DNA from: Candidatus Limnocylindrales bacterium
GTDB taxonomy: Bacteria; Chloroflexota; Limnocylindria; Limnocylindrales; CSP1-4
DNA: 33,321 bases
NCBI GenBank assembly: GCA_035692745.1
Contig: DASSHR010000439.1
Span: 1 to 33,321 of the forward strand
Reading direction: 5' to 3'
Of the stretch, positions 24,639 to 32,472 are shown one piece after another. The notes below the pieces were generated by a model. The model did no database searches and was not told the DNA's origin. It was given only the letters and a program-made list of their open reading frames with translations. The translations under genes were made by a program, and so were the position numbers. Every line of letters starts with the position of its first letter. Within the stretch, counting starts at the first letter, position 1.

Positions 24639-25496
24639 TTGCCCTCGCCCGACGCCACGCTGCCCCCACTGCCGAACCGCCCGGTCCGCAAGGACGAGAT
24701 CGAGCTCCACGACCGGGGCCTGTACATCGAGTCCTGGTTGCCGGAGCGCCGATCGCGACGGAAGCCGCTGCTGTTTCTCCACGGCGAGCTCGGCGGATCG
24801 TGGATCTGGGAGCGCTTCCTGGGCTATTTCGCCGGCCGCGGCTGGGAGGGCCACGCCCTCAACCTGCGCAACCACCACTGGAGCCAGACCGCCGACCCGG
24901 CGGAGCTGTCCTTCGAATCGTTCGTCCAGGACGTGGGGGCGGCGATCGACCGCCTCGGGCCGAACGTCGTCGTGGTGGGCCACGGCATGGGCGGCCTCCT
25001 CGCGATCAAGGCGGCCGAGCGACATGCGGTGAGCGGGCTCGTGCTGATCGCGCCGGAGCTGCCGGGCGACGTCCGGACGCCGACGCCGCCTCATCAGATC
25101 CGCGAGGTGCCCGAGCTGTTCGGGCCGTCGCTCATCGGCTGGGCCACGCTGCCGGAGAAGCTGCAGCGGGACCACCCGGACCTGACCCTCGCGGACGTCC
25201 TCCGGATCCAGCACCTGATGGGCCAGAAGCCGCACGAGTCGGGCCGGGCTCGCCGGACGATGCTGCGCGGCGTGAAGATCGACCGGGCGAAGCTCCCGGA
25301 GGTGCCGAGGCTCGTGATCGGCGGCGGCATCGATCGTGTCGTCACGGCGGACGACGCCGAGCGACTGGCCGGCTGGCTGGATGCGGAGTTCGAGCCGTTC
25401 GGTGCGCACTCGCACTACGGCCTGATCCTCGGCGAGGAGGCCTACACGCAGGTTGCCGACGCGATCCGGGGTTTCCTGGAGGTCCACCGGCTCTAG
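24639..25496 (+). CDS. alpha/beta hydrolase
   Basis: Reading frame of track ORF 23766-25496 downstream of the DUF1015 stop. TTG 24639 with GGAGGA 5 nt upstream. LLFLHGELGGSW, nucleophile elbow VVGHGMGG, C-terminal FGAHSHYG. Confidence 0.8.
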   Translation: MPSPDATLPPLPNRPVRKDEIELHDRGLYIESWLPERRSRRKPLLFLHGELGGSWIWERFLGYFAGRGWEGHALNLRNHHWSQTADPAELSFESFVQDVGAAIDRLGPNVVVVGHGMGGLLAIKAAERHAVSGLVLIAPELPGDVRTPTPPHQIREVPELFGPSLIGWATLPEKLQRDHPDLTLADVLRIQHLMGQKPHESGRARRTMLRGVKIDRAKLPEVPRLVIGGGIDRVVTADDAERLAGWLDAEFEPFGAHSHYGLILGEEAYTQVADAIRGFLEVHRL

Positions 25497-25515
25497 CGGC
25501 GCCGCTGCGATGGGC

Positions 25516-25524
25516 TGCTAGAAT
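25516..25524 (+). promoter_or_regulatory. candidate extended -10 promoter element for tRNA-Glu
   Basis: TGcTAGAAT lies 38 nt upstream of the mature tRNA 5' end. The same cTAGAAT occurs at 2384-2390 upstream of add. Confidence 0.4.
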
Positions 25525-25561
25525 GCCGCCCCTGCCCGGTGAATCCACCGGTCGCGCCCGT

Positions 25562-25638
25562 GCCGCATTCGTCTAGAGGCCCAGGACACCGCCCTCTCAA
25601 GGCGGAGATCATCGGTTCGAATCCGATATGCGGTACCA
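25562..25638 (+). tRNA. tRNA-Glu (anticodon CTC)
   Basis: Cloverleaf: acceptor GCCGCAT/ATGCGGT; D-arm TCGTCTAGAGGCCCAGGAC, identical to E. coli tRNA-Glu; anticodon stem CCGCC/GGCGG with loop CTCTCAA (CTC at 25596-25598); T-arm ATCGG TTCGAAT CCGAT; discriminator A and encoded CCA. Confidence 0.95.
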
Positions 25639-25689
25639 ACCTTCCCGACACGCGCAACGGATCGGCGCTGCCGTGTGTTCAGGATGGTG

Positions 25690-26250
25690 ATGCCAACCTA
25701 CCGCTTCGCCGTCGTCCCCACCGCGCTCGGCGCATTCGGCGCTGCCTGGTCGGAGGCCGGGATCGTCCGGACGTGGCTCCACGATCGAACGGTCGAACAG
25801 ACGCGTGCGCACATCCGGCGCGAGCTGAGGGGTGCCGTGGAATCGCCGCCGCCTCCCGACGTCGCCGATGCGCTGGCCGATGTCGTGGCGTTGCTCGCCG
25901 GCCAGCCCAGGGTGCCGACGGCGCCGCTGGACCTGCGCGCGGTTCCGGACTTCGACCGGCGGGTGTACGCCCTGGCCCGCACGATCCTGCCCGGTGAGAC
26001 GCTGACCTACGGCGCCGTCGCGAAGCAGCTGGGCGAGGAGCCGATGCGGGCGCGGGATGTCGGCGTGGCCCTGTCGCGCAACCCGTTCGCGCCGATCGTG
26101 CCGTGCCACCGCATCGTCGCGGCGAACGGCAACCTGGGCGGGTACTCGGCGCCCGGAGGCGTGCAGACGAAGCGGCGCCTCCTCGAGCTCGAGGGCGCTG
26201 CCGTCGTCGCGCCGCCGCCGGCACCCGCGCAGGCCGGCCTGTTCGACTGA
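25690..26250 (+). CDS. ogt: methylated-DNA--protein-cysteine methyltransferase
   Basis: Active-site motif IVPCHRIV. TYGAVA...ALSRNPFAPIVPCHRIVAANGNLGGY...KRRLLELEG. Start ambiguous among GTG 25675, ATG 25684 and ATG 25690. Confidence 0.9.
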   Translation: MPTYRFAVVPTALGAFGAAWSEAGIVRTWLHDRTVEQTRAHIRRELRGAVESPPPPDVADALADVVALLAGQPRVPTAPLDLRAVPDFDRRVYALARTILPGETLTYGAVAKQLGEEPMRARDVGVALSRNPFAPIVPCHRIVAANGNLGGYSAPGGVQTKRRLLELEGAAVVAPPPAPAQAGLFD

Positions 26251-26260
26251 TTGCCTGTTC

Positions 26261-26278
26261 GGGCAAGTCGCGTTGCCC
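26261..26278 (+). terminator. small stem-loop just after the ogt stop
   Basis: GGGCAA gtcgcg TTGCCC (6-bp stem, 6-nt loop). An alternative pairing is TTGCC(26251-55)/GGCAA(26262-66). No U-tract. Confidence 0.2.
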
Positions 26279-26298
26279 GAGAGGTCTATGCTCCGCCC

Positions 26299-27609
26299 GT
26301 GGTCTGGCAGTGGTCGCCCGAGAACGGGGATCCAAGCCGCAAGCCCGGTGCTCCGCGGCGTGCGGATGGCGGCGCCGGCAATCCGCTCCATCAGCGGATG
26401 TTCCAGCTCCAGGCGCAGGCCGGAAACGCCGCCGTGCAGCAGATGTTCCAGGATGCCGGTGAGGCGGGGGCCGCAGGCGCAGGCAGCGGTGCCGGGAACG
26501 CGCCGGCGATCCTGCGCTACGGCTCGCAGGGTGAATCGGTCAAGCGGCTCCAGGAGCGGCTGAACCAGTCCGGGTCCGCCGGCGCCGAGCTCAAGGTGGA
26601 CGGGGTCATGGGGCCGCTCACGACGACGGCCCTCCGGAAGTTCCAGAAGGCCCATCCGCCGCTCAGCGTCGATGGGACGGCCGGCCCGGAGGTCTGGGCC
26701 GAGCTGGAGCGGGTGGGCGACCAGGGAGCTCCGCTCCCGGGTGCGACCGCGGAGTCGTTCGTCGAGAAGGGCCGGAAGCTCTACGGGCAGGGCCTGTATG
26801 CGCTGGCGTTCGACGAGTTCGCGAAGGCCCACGAGCTCGACCCTGATCCCGCCTACCTGTACAACATGGCGCAGGCGCTGCGGCTCGTCGGCGGGCGCGG
26901 CGACGAGGCGATCAAGCTCTTCGAGCAGTTCATCGCCAGCGGCCCGAACGAGGCTGACCGCGAACGGGCGATGGACCACCTCGCCGAGCTCAAGGGGCCC
27001 GGCCCGAGCGGCGACGACAAGAAGGATTCCGCCAAGGTCGATGAGCTCTACGGCCTCGGGCGCAAGCTCTTCCTCGATGGCGAGTACGGCCGCGCGTACG
27101 ACGAGTTCACGAAGGCGTGGGAGATCAACCACGACCCGGCGCTGCTCTGGAATCGCGCCATGGCCATGCGCGTGATGGGTGGTCAGCGCTCGCGCGCCAT
27201 CGCGCTCTTCGAGCAGGTGCTCACCGTCGAGGTGCCCGAGGAGAAGAAGGCGGCCGCGCGGCGCGAGATCGAAGAGCTCAAGGGCCCGAAGGCGACCGGC
27301 GACGAGAAGAAGGACGAAACCGCGGAGGACGAGCTCTACAAGGACGCTCGCGCCGCGTTCTACGCCGAGGATTACGCCGCCGCCTACGACGGCTTCACCA
27401 GGGCATGGCAGGTCACGTATTCGACCGAGATGGTCTGGAACCGTGCCCAGGCCCTGCGCCTGCTGGGTGGCCGGCGCGAAGAGGCGATGAAGCTCTACCA
27501 GCTGGTCCTCGCGTCGGACGTATCCGAGCAGATCCAGAAGGCCGCCCGCGTGTACATCGCCGAGCTGAAGGGACCGGGCAAGGCCATCACGGGCGGGCGA
27601 CCGAACTGA
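26299..27609 (+). CDS. peptidoglycan-binding (PG_binding_1) domain protein with three ~95-aa TPR-like repeats; no signal peptide
   Basis: LRYGSQGESVKRLQERLNQSG...LKVDGVMGPLTTTALRKFQKAH...VDGTAGPEVWAEL. Three repeats each end in ELKGP. GTG 26299 is preferred: TATGCT lies 6 nt upstream and GC3 is low in 26251-26292. Alternatives are TTG 26251 and ATG 26398. Confidence 0.75.
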   Translation: MVWQWSPENGDPSRKPGAPRRADGGAGNPLHQRMFQLQAQAGNAAVQQMFQDAGEAGAAGAGSGAGNAPAILRYGSQGESVKRLQERLNQSGSAGAELKVDGVMGPLTTTALRKFQKAHPPLSVDGTAGPEVWAELERVGDQGAPLPGATAESFVEKGRKLYGQGLYALAFDEFAKAHELDPDPAYLYNMAQALRLVGGRGDEAIKLFEQFIASGPNEADRERAMDHLAELKGPGPSGDDKKDSAKVDELYGLGRKLFLDGEYGRAYDEFTKAWEINHDPALLWNRAMAMRVMGGQRSRAIALFEQVLTVEVPEEKKAAARREIEELKGPKATGDEKKDETAEDELYKDARAAFYAEDYAAAYDGFTRAWQVTYSTEMVWNRAQALRLLGGRREEAMKLYQLVLASDVSEQIQKAARVYIAELKGPGKAITGGRPN

Positions 27610-27610
27610 C

Positions 27611-27647
27611 GCCCGAGGTGCGGCGGAGCTCACGCCCGCGCCTGGGC
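27611..27647. terminator. candidate bidirectional stem-loop between convergent genes
   Basis: GCCCgAGGtGCGG ... CCGCgCCTGGGC gives ~11 bp of imperfect pairing around a 12-nt loop containing GAGCTC. There is no U-tract, so it is not a canonical intrinsic terminator. Confidence 0.25.
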
Positions 27648-27667
27648 TCCGCGCCCGGGCGCCGCGG

Positions 27668-29656
27668 CTAGTCCTGGGCCAGGACGATCACCTTGTCCTC
27701 TGCGGTGAGCGTGACGGACGCGCTCTTGCGGGGATTCACGTGCACGCCGTACGACTGGCGAGCGTCGCCCGCCTCGGACCTGATCCGGTAGCCGATCGCG
27801 ACCTGCCCGTAGCGCCGGGCTGACTCCACGACGGTGGCGTAGGTCACGGCTGCGCCCGGCCGAACGTAGTCCGCGGCGGGCTTGAGGTAGATCTCGGTGC
27901 CGTCGGAATCGAAGAGGTCCGTGAAGACCGCGTTCAGCTGCTTGTTCTCGGAGATCTGCGTGAGCAGGAGGCTGATGAGCCGGTCCGACACGATGAAGTC
28001 GTCGGCGCGGGTCACCTCGGCCAGGGAGCGGTTGCGCACGTCGGCCATCTCCGAGGTGATCGAGAACGGGTGGCCCACCGTCGCGGCGATGTCGCGCAGG
28101 TGGAGGAGCGTGACGAGCGTCCGTGCATCGGCGCGCTGCGGATCGAACCGGTCCATCGGCGAGATGGCGAGGATGTGCTGGAAGCTCGCAACGTCCAGCT
28201 GGTCGAGGACTCGGCGGTCGGTCGGCGCCTTGGCGATGAAGGTGAGCTGCTGGCTCGTGAGGCTCGCGGCGAGGTCATCCATGGCCGCCGCGGCGGCGGG
28301 ATCCTCGCTGACCACCATGAGCCGGGAGCCCTTCGAGACGTAGCCATCGAGCTCGAGCGCGATCTGCTGGACGCGTCGGTTCCAGCCCAGCACGAGGGTC
28401 GCTTCCGGTGGCTGGGGCGTCGGGTCGCAGGTGATGATCGCTGCCGGATCGACGGCAGGGGCGGTGCCGTCCCGCAGCGTGACCTTGTCGTCGTCCGCGG
28501 CGATCACGATGACGCGGTCGCTCGGGCCGATCGCCGTCGAGCCCGGCGGCTGGACCAGCACGCGTCCGTCGGCGAGCGCCAGCCCGATCAGCGACGAGTC
28601 CTCGAAGGCCAGCAGGGCGTCGTCGAACGTCTGGCCGGCGAGCGCCGGCTGGTGGCTGAAGTAGATCTCGTCGCCATCGAAGTCGAGCAGCTCGCCGTAC
28701 ACGATCGAGAGACCCGGCTGACGGCAGGTCTGGGCGATGATCCGCGAGACCACATCGCCGACGATGACGACCTCGAGCTCGTCCCGGCCGACGAGCCGCG
28801 TCGCCTCCAGGTTCGACAGCTCGTGCAGCTCCGCAACGACGTGGTACGGCTCCGGGCGCCGGTTCGGGTCGTTCGTGATCGCGAGGATGGTCTTGATGAC
28901 CTCGATGTCGGGCTCGTCGACATCCGGCGCCAGGACGATGATCGAGCGCGCGGTCTGGACGTTCGCGATGTCGATCTCGTCGAGGTCCACCGGGCTTCCC
29001 GAGCGGCACACGATCTTCGTGCCCTTCGTGTCGCTGATCCGGGTCCGGATCTCGTCGTCCATGTCGACCTTGTCGCGATCGGCGAGCACGACGATGATCC
29101 CGCCGCCCTGGTTCACGTTCGCGCCGACCAGCTCGGACAGGATCGTGAACACCTGCTGGTTCCAGCCGAGGACGACGGTGTGGCCGGACTCGATCACCCG
29201 CGAGCGCCCTTTCCGGAGCTCGGCGAGCCGGCCCTGGATGCCGCTGTTGATGATGCCGATGAGCGCGCTGATCACGAACAGCCCGCCGAGCGTGACGAGC
29301 AGCATCGAGCCGAGGAAGCCGGCCGTGCCGGTGTCGCCGCCCATCGTCCCGGGATCGAGCGTCCGGAGCAGGCCCATCCAGATGAGCTCCGGGAGCGTCC
29401 GGCCCTGCTCGTCCGCGCCGAAGACGAAGACGCCGGCCGCGATCACGACGATGATCAGGACGGAGACCGCGAACAGGCCGAGGATGAGCGCGATCGTGCC
29501 GCGTCCGAAGAACTCGTCCACGCGGTAGCGCAGTCGATCCCGCCACGTCGTGTCCACTCGCGCGTGCGCCTCCCTCCGGTCGGCGCGATCGTAGCCGGTG
29601 GCGCGATGCCCGTAGGCTGTCCGCGTGACCCGTCCCGGCCTGCTCGGCTTCCGCAT
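27668..29656 (-). CDS. CASTOR/POLLUX-related putative ion channel with RCK/TrkA-N-like domains
   Basis: N-terminal TM pair flanking RTLDPGTMGGDTG (pore-loop-like). Two repeats of HTVVLGWNQQV.../TLVLGWNRRVQQIA... (Rossmann-like RCK). ATG 29656 has GAGGAGG 9 nt upstream. Alternative GTG 29557 has GGAGGGAGG 12 nt upstream. Confidence 0.8.
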   Translation of the reverse strand: MRKPSRPGRVTRTAYGHRATGYDRADRREAHARVDTTWRDRLRYRVDEFFGRGTIALILGLFAVSVLIIVVIAAGVFVFGADEQGRTLPELIWMGLLRTLDPGTMGGDTGTAGFLGSMLLVTLGGLFVISALIGIINSGIQGRLAELRKGRSRVIESGHTVVLGWNQQVFTILSELVGANVNQGGGIIVVLADRDKVDMDDEIRTRISDTKGTKIVCRSGSPVDLDEIDIANVQTARSIIVLAPDVDEPDIEVIKTILAITNDPNRRPEPYHVVAELHELSNLEATRLVGRDELEVVIVGDVVSRIIAQTCRQPGLSIVYGELLDFDGDEIYFSHQPALAGQTFDDALLAFEDSSLIGLALADGRVLVQPPGSTAIGPSDRVIVIAADDDKVTLRDGTAPAVDPAAIITCDPTPQPPEATLVLGWNRRVQQIALELDGYVSKGSRLMVVSEDPAAAAAMDDLAASLTSQQLTFIAKAPTDRRVLDQLDVASFQHILAISPMDRFDPQRADARTLVTLLHLRDIAATVGHPFSITSEMADVRNRSLAEVTRADDFIVSDRLISLLLTQISENKQLNAVFTDLFDSDGTEIYLKPAADYVRPGAAVTYATVVESARRYGQVAIGYRIRSEAGDARQSYGVHVNPRKSASVTLTAEDKVIVLAQD

Positions 29657-30530
29657 CGCTGCGACCTCCTCGGCCGGCCTCGACTGGCAGACCCTCGATT
29701 CGATCTGGGCTGCGGCGGGCGACCTCGACGCATTCTCGGCGGGCTGGATGAGCGATCACCTGAGCGACGCCAGCCAGGACATCCGCGGTCCGGCGTTCGA
29801 ATCGCTGACCACGGCCGCCGCGCTGGCCCATCGCGTGCCCGGCAAGTGGATCGGCATCGCCGTGCTCTCGAACACGTTCCGGCACCCCGCGGTCGTCGCC
29901 AAGGCGGCGACCGTCCTCGACAACGCGACCGGCGGGCGATTCATCCTCGGGATGGGCGCCGGCTGGCACGAGGGGGAGCACCAGGCGTTCGGGATCCCGC
30001 TGCCGCCGATCCTCGAACGTTTCGAGCGGTATGAGCACGCCGTTGCGGCCGTGCGCGCGCTCTTCTCCGAGGCGGCGCTGTCACCGGACGGCGTGACCCT
30101 GGCGGACCCGTTCTATCCGCTCGACCGGGCGACGATGGATCCGCCGCCGGTTCGCGCCGGCGGGCCTGCGCTGTGGCTCGGCGGGCAGCGCCGGCGCGGG
30201 ATCGCGCTTGCGGCGCGACACGCCGACGGGTGGATCATGCCCGGCAATGTGCCCGGCAACCTCGAGTACTTCGCGGACCGGCGGGTCGCGCTGGTGCGCG
30301 CGCTGGAGGCAGAGGGCCGTGATCCGGCGAGCTTCGATTTCGCGGGCCAGATCGTCGTCCGTGGCGATGCGGTCGGGCGGCGGGAGGCACGCGAGCTTGC
30401 CCTGCGGTTCATCGCGGCGGGCGCGACCCACCTGACGCTGGGCGTCGGGGCGGGCGATGGGCCATCCGGGCTGGCCGGGATCGCGCGGGAGGTTGCCGAA
30501 CCGGTGATCGAGGCGGTCGGCCGGCGCTGA
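29625..30530 (+). CDS. LLM-class (luciferase-like) flavin/F420-dependent oxidoreductase
   Basis: LGFRIA N-terminal strand, SDHL, GGRFILGMGAGWHEGEHQAFGIP, PPVRAGGPALWLGG. GTG 29625 is preceded by TAGGCT 6 nt upstream. Confidence 0.85.
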   Translation: MTRPGLLGFRIAATSSAGLDWQTLDSIWAAAGDLDAFSAGWMSDHLSDASQDIRGPAFESLTTAAALAHRVPGKWIGIAVLSNTFRHPAVVAKAATVLDNATGGRFILGMGAGWHEGEHQAFGIPLPPILERFERYEHAVAAVRALFSEAALSPDGVTLADPFYPLDRATMDPPPVRAGGPALWLGGQRRRGIALAARHADGWIMPGNVPGNLEYFADRRVALVRALEAEGRDPASFDFAGQIVVRGDAVGRREARELALRFIAAGATHLTLGVGAGDGPSGLAGIAREVAEPVIEAVGRR

Positions 30531-30552
30531 GGCTGCCAGCTCGACCAGGCGG

Positions 30553-31320
30553 TCAGCGGGCGGCCACGGTCCCCCGAGCTGCCCACGCGCGAGCCTGGAT
30601 CACGAACTCGCCGTCCGGGAGCTTGGCGCGGCATCGATCGCGCAATGCAGCTCGCGCGTCAGGCGCCAATCCGGCGACGTAGGCGCCGGCCGGACCGACG
30701 CCCCGCTCGAACGGCGACCACCAGGCGTCGAAGTCAGGCATCGTCAGGTCCGCCGCCAGCGCGGTCTCGTGCACCGCGGTGAGCCCTGCAGCCCCGAAGA
30801 GCTGCCCCAGGTGACCTTGCCGGGCGCCGGGCAGGTCCGACTCGTCCGCTGCATGCGGATCGAGCTCCCGCGCCGTCGTCCAGAACAGGGCCAACGGCCC
30901 GAGGGCTCCGGCGTGATCCCACACGCACGCGGCGACCGCGCCGCCGGATCGCGTGACTCGCGCCATCTCGCGGATCCCGCCGACCGGGTCGTGCATGAAG
31001 TGGACGACCAGCTGGGCAAGGGCGGCGTCGAAGGCGCCGTCGGGGAAGGGCAGGGCTTCGGCGGTTGCCTCCACCACGGTCACGCCCGGGTTGCGGGTCC
31101 GCACGGCCTCCAGGAATGGCGCGGACGGATCAACCGCGGCGACATTCGCGGCGCCGAGCCGCTCGACGAGCACGCTCGTGAGGGCGCCCGGCCCGCAACC
31201 GACGTCGAGCGCCTGCTGGCCCGCCGTGAGCCCGGCAAGGTCGACCATCTGCGGTGAGAGCAGCCTCGAGAACCGGCCCATGAACGCGTCGTACGCGGAC
31301 GCGGCAACGTTGAACGTCAT
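30553..31320 (-). CDS. class I SAM-dependent methyltransferase
   Basis: Motif I ALDVGCGPGALT, with AEALPFPDGAFDAALAQLVVHF. Trimmed to ATG 31320 (MTFNVAASAYDAFMGRF). Confidence 0.85.
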   Translation of the reverse strand: MTFNVAASAYDAFMGRFSRLLSPQMVDLAGLTAGQQALDVGCGPGALTSVLVERLGAANVAAVDPSAPFLEAVRTRNPGVTVVEATAEALPFPDGAFDAALAQLVVHFMHDPVGGIREMARVTRSGGAVAACVWDHAGALGPLALFWTTARELDPHAADESDLPGARQGHLGQLFGAAGLTAVHETALAADLTMPDFDAWWSPFERGVGPAGAYVAGLAPDARAALRDRCRAKLPDGEFVIQARAWAARGTVAAR

Positions 31321-31369
31321 CGCCGGAGGGTACTCGCCCGTCCTGGTTTGCCCGCTATCCTCGACCGCC

Positions 31370-32467
31370 ATGCGACGACTCGTGATCCTGACCGAGGGCC
31401 AGTTCGGGGCCCACCACGCGAAGACCGCGATGGGCGTGATCCGCTATGCGACCGACCGGACGGTCGCGGTGCTCGATTCGACGATCGCCGGGCGCAACGT
31501 CTCGGAGTGGCTGCCGGGACGCGACATCCCGGCCGTGGCAACCCTCGCGGACGCGATGGCGCTGCCGGAGCCGCCGGACACCCTGCTGATCGGCATCGCC
31601 CCAACGGGCGGCAAGCTGCCCGAATCCTGGCGCGCCACCATCCTCGAGGCGATCGCGAGTGGCCTCGACGTCCACTCGGGCCTGCACTCGTTCCTCGGCG
31701 ACGACCCGGACTTCTCGGCAGCCGCCGCGGCGAGGGGCACGTCGATCGTCGACTATCGCCGCCCGCCCGAGCGGAAGGAGACCGCCGTCGGCCGACCCCA
31801 CGGCCCCGGCAAGCGAGTGATCCTCACCGTCGGGACGGACTGCGCGATCGGCAAGATGTCGGTGGCGCTCGCGCTGCGCGCGGCGGGCCTGAAGGCCGGC
31901 GACAAGGCCGTGTTCGTGCCCACGGGCCAGACCGGGATGATGATCGACGGCTGGGGTGTTGCGGTCGACCGGGTGATCAGCGACTTCGTCCAGGGCACGG
32001 TCGAGTGGATGCTCGAACAGGGCGAGGAGCGCGGCGACTGGCTGATCGTCGAGGGCCAGGGTTCGCTGGACCACCCCGCGTACTCGTCGGTGACGCTTGG
32101 GCTCATCCACGGCGCAACCCCACACGCGATGGTCATGGTCCACAAGCCGGGGCTGGCGAACCACGATTGGGATCATGTCGACGACCGCGAGTTCCCGATC
32201 GCGAAGCTCCCGGAGTTCATCAAGCTCCACGAGCAGGTCGCCGGCCTCGTGGCTCCGTCGAAGGTGGTGGGCATCGCGCTCAACACCATGCTGTACGAGG
32301 ACGAAGCCGAGGCTCGGCGCGTCGTCGAAGCCATCGGGCGCGAGACCGGCCTGCCGACCGCGGACCCGGTTCGGTTCGGCGCCGACGCGCTCTGGGCGGC
32401 GGTGCGCGACGCGACGGACGCGCTGCCGTGGGTCGCCCGCGGCTTGCCCGTCGTCGACGCCCGCTGA
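31370..32467 (+). CDS. DUF1611 domain protein (DgcN-like N-acetyltransferase family)
   Basis: Track ORF 30953-32467 trimmed to ATG 31370 (MRRLVILTEGQFGAHHAKTAMGVIRY). ILTVGTDCAIGKM (P-loop-like), LIVEGQGSLDHPAYS. Sits upstream of a dipeptide epimerase, as is usual for this family. Confidence 0.85.
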   Translation: MRRLVILTEGQFGAHHAKTAMGVIRYATDRTVAVLDSTIAGRNVSEWLPGRDIPAVATLADAMALPEPPDTLLIGIAPTGGKLPESWRATILEAIASGLDVHSGLHSFLGDDPDFSAAAAARGTSIVDYRRPPERKETAVGRPHGPGKRVILTVGTDCAIGKMSVALALRAAGLKAGDKAVFVPTGQTGMMIDGWGVAVDRVISDFVQGTVEWMLEQGEERGDWLIVEGQGSLDHPAYSSVTLGLIHGATPHAMVMVHKPGLANHDWDHVDDREFPIAKLPEFIKLHEQVAGLVAPSKVVGIALNTMLYEDEAEARRVVEAIGRETGLPTADPVRFGADALWAAVRDATDALPWVARGLPVVDAR

Positions 32468-32472
32468 GACAC

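Noticed and set aside
24561-25487. 308-aa minus-strand ORF antisense to the alpha/beta hydrolase
   Set aside because: It is an Arg/Val/Leu/Asp shadow frame. The plus frame has HG oxyanion and GHGMGG nucleophile-elbow motifs and an RBS-supported TTG start.
25609-27633. 674-aa minus-strand ORF covering tRNA-Glu, ogt and the PG-binding/TPR gene
   Set aside because: It overlaps a bona fide tRNA and the PCHR-motif ogt gene. Its composition is Arg/Leu/Gly/Pro-biased with no domain signature. The plus-strand frames have clear PG_binding_1 and repeat structure.
25562-27667. tRNA-Glu as the attachment site of a genomic island (ogt, PG-binding protein)
   Set aside because: There is no integrase or recombinase, I saw no direct repeat of the tRNA 3' end downstream, and there is no obvious compositional shift. 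I treat this as ordinary chromosomal context.
28070-30038. 654-aa plus-strand and 587-aa minus-strand ORFs overlapping the ion-channel gene
   Set aside because: Both are Arg/Asp/Gly/Pro shadow frames. Frame 27668-29656 has TM helices, a pore-loop-like segment and duplicated RCK-like domains.
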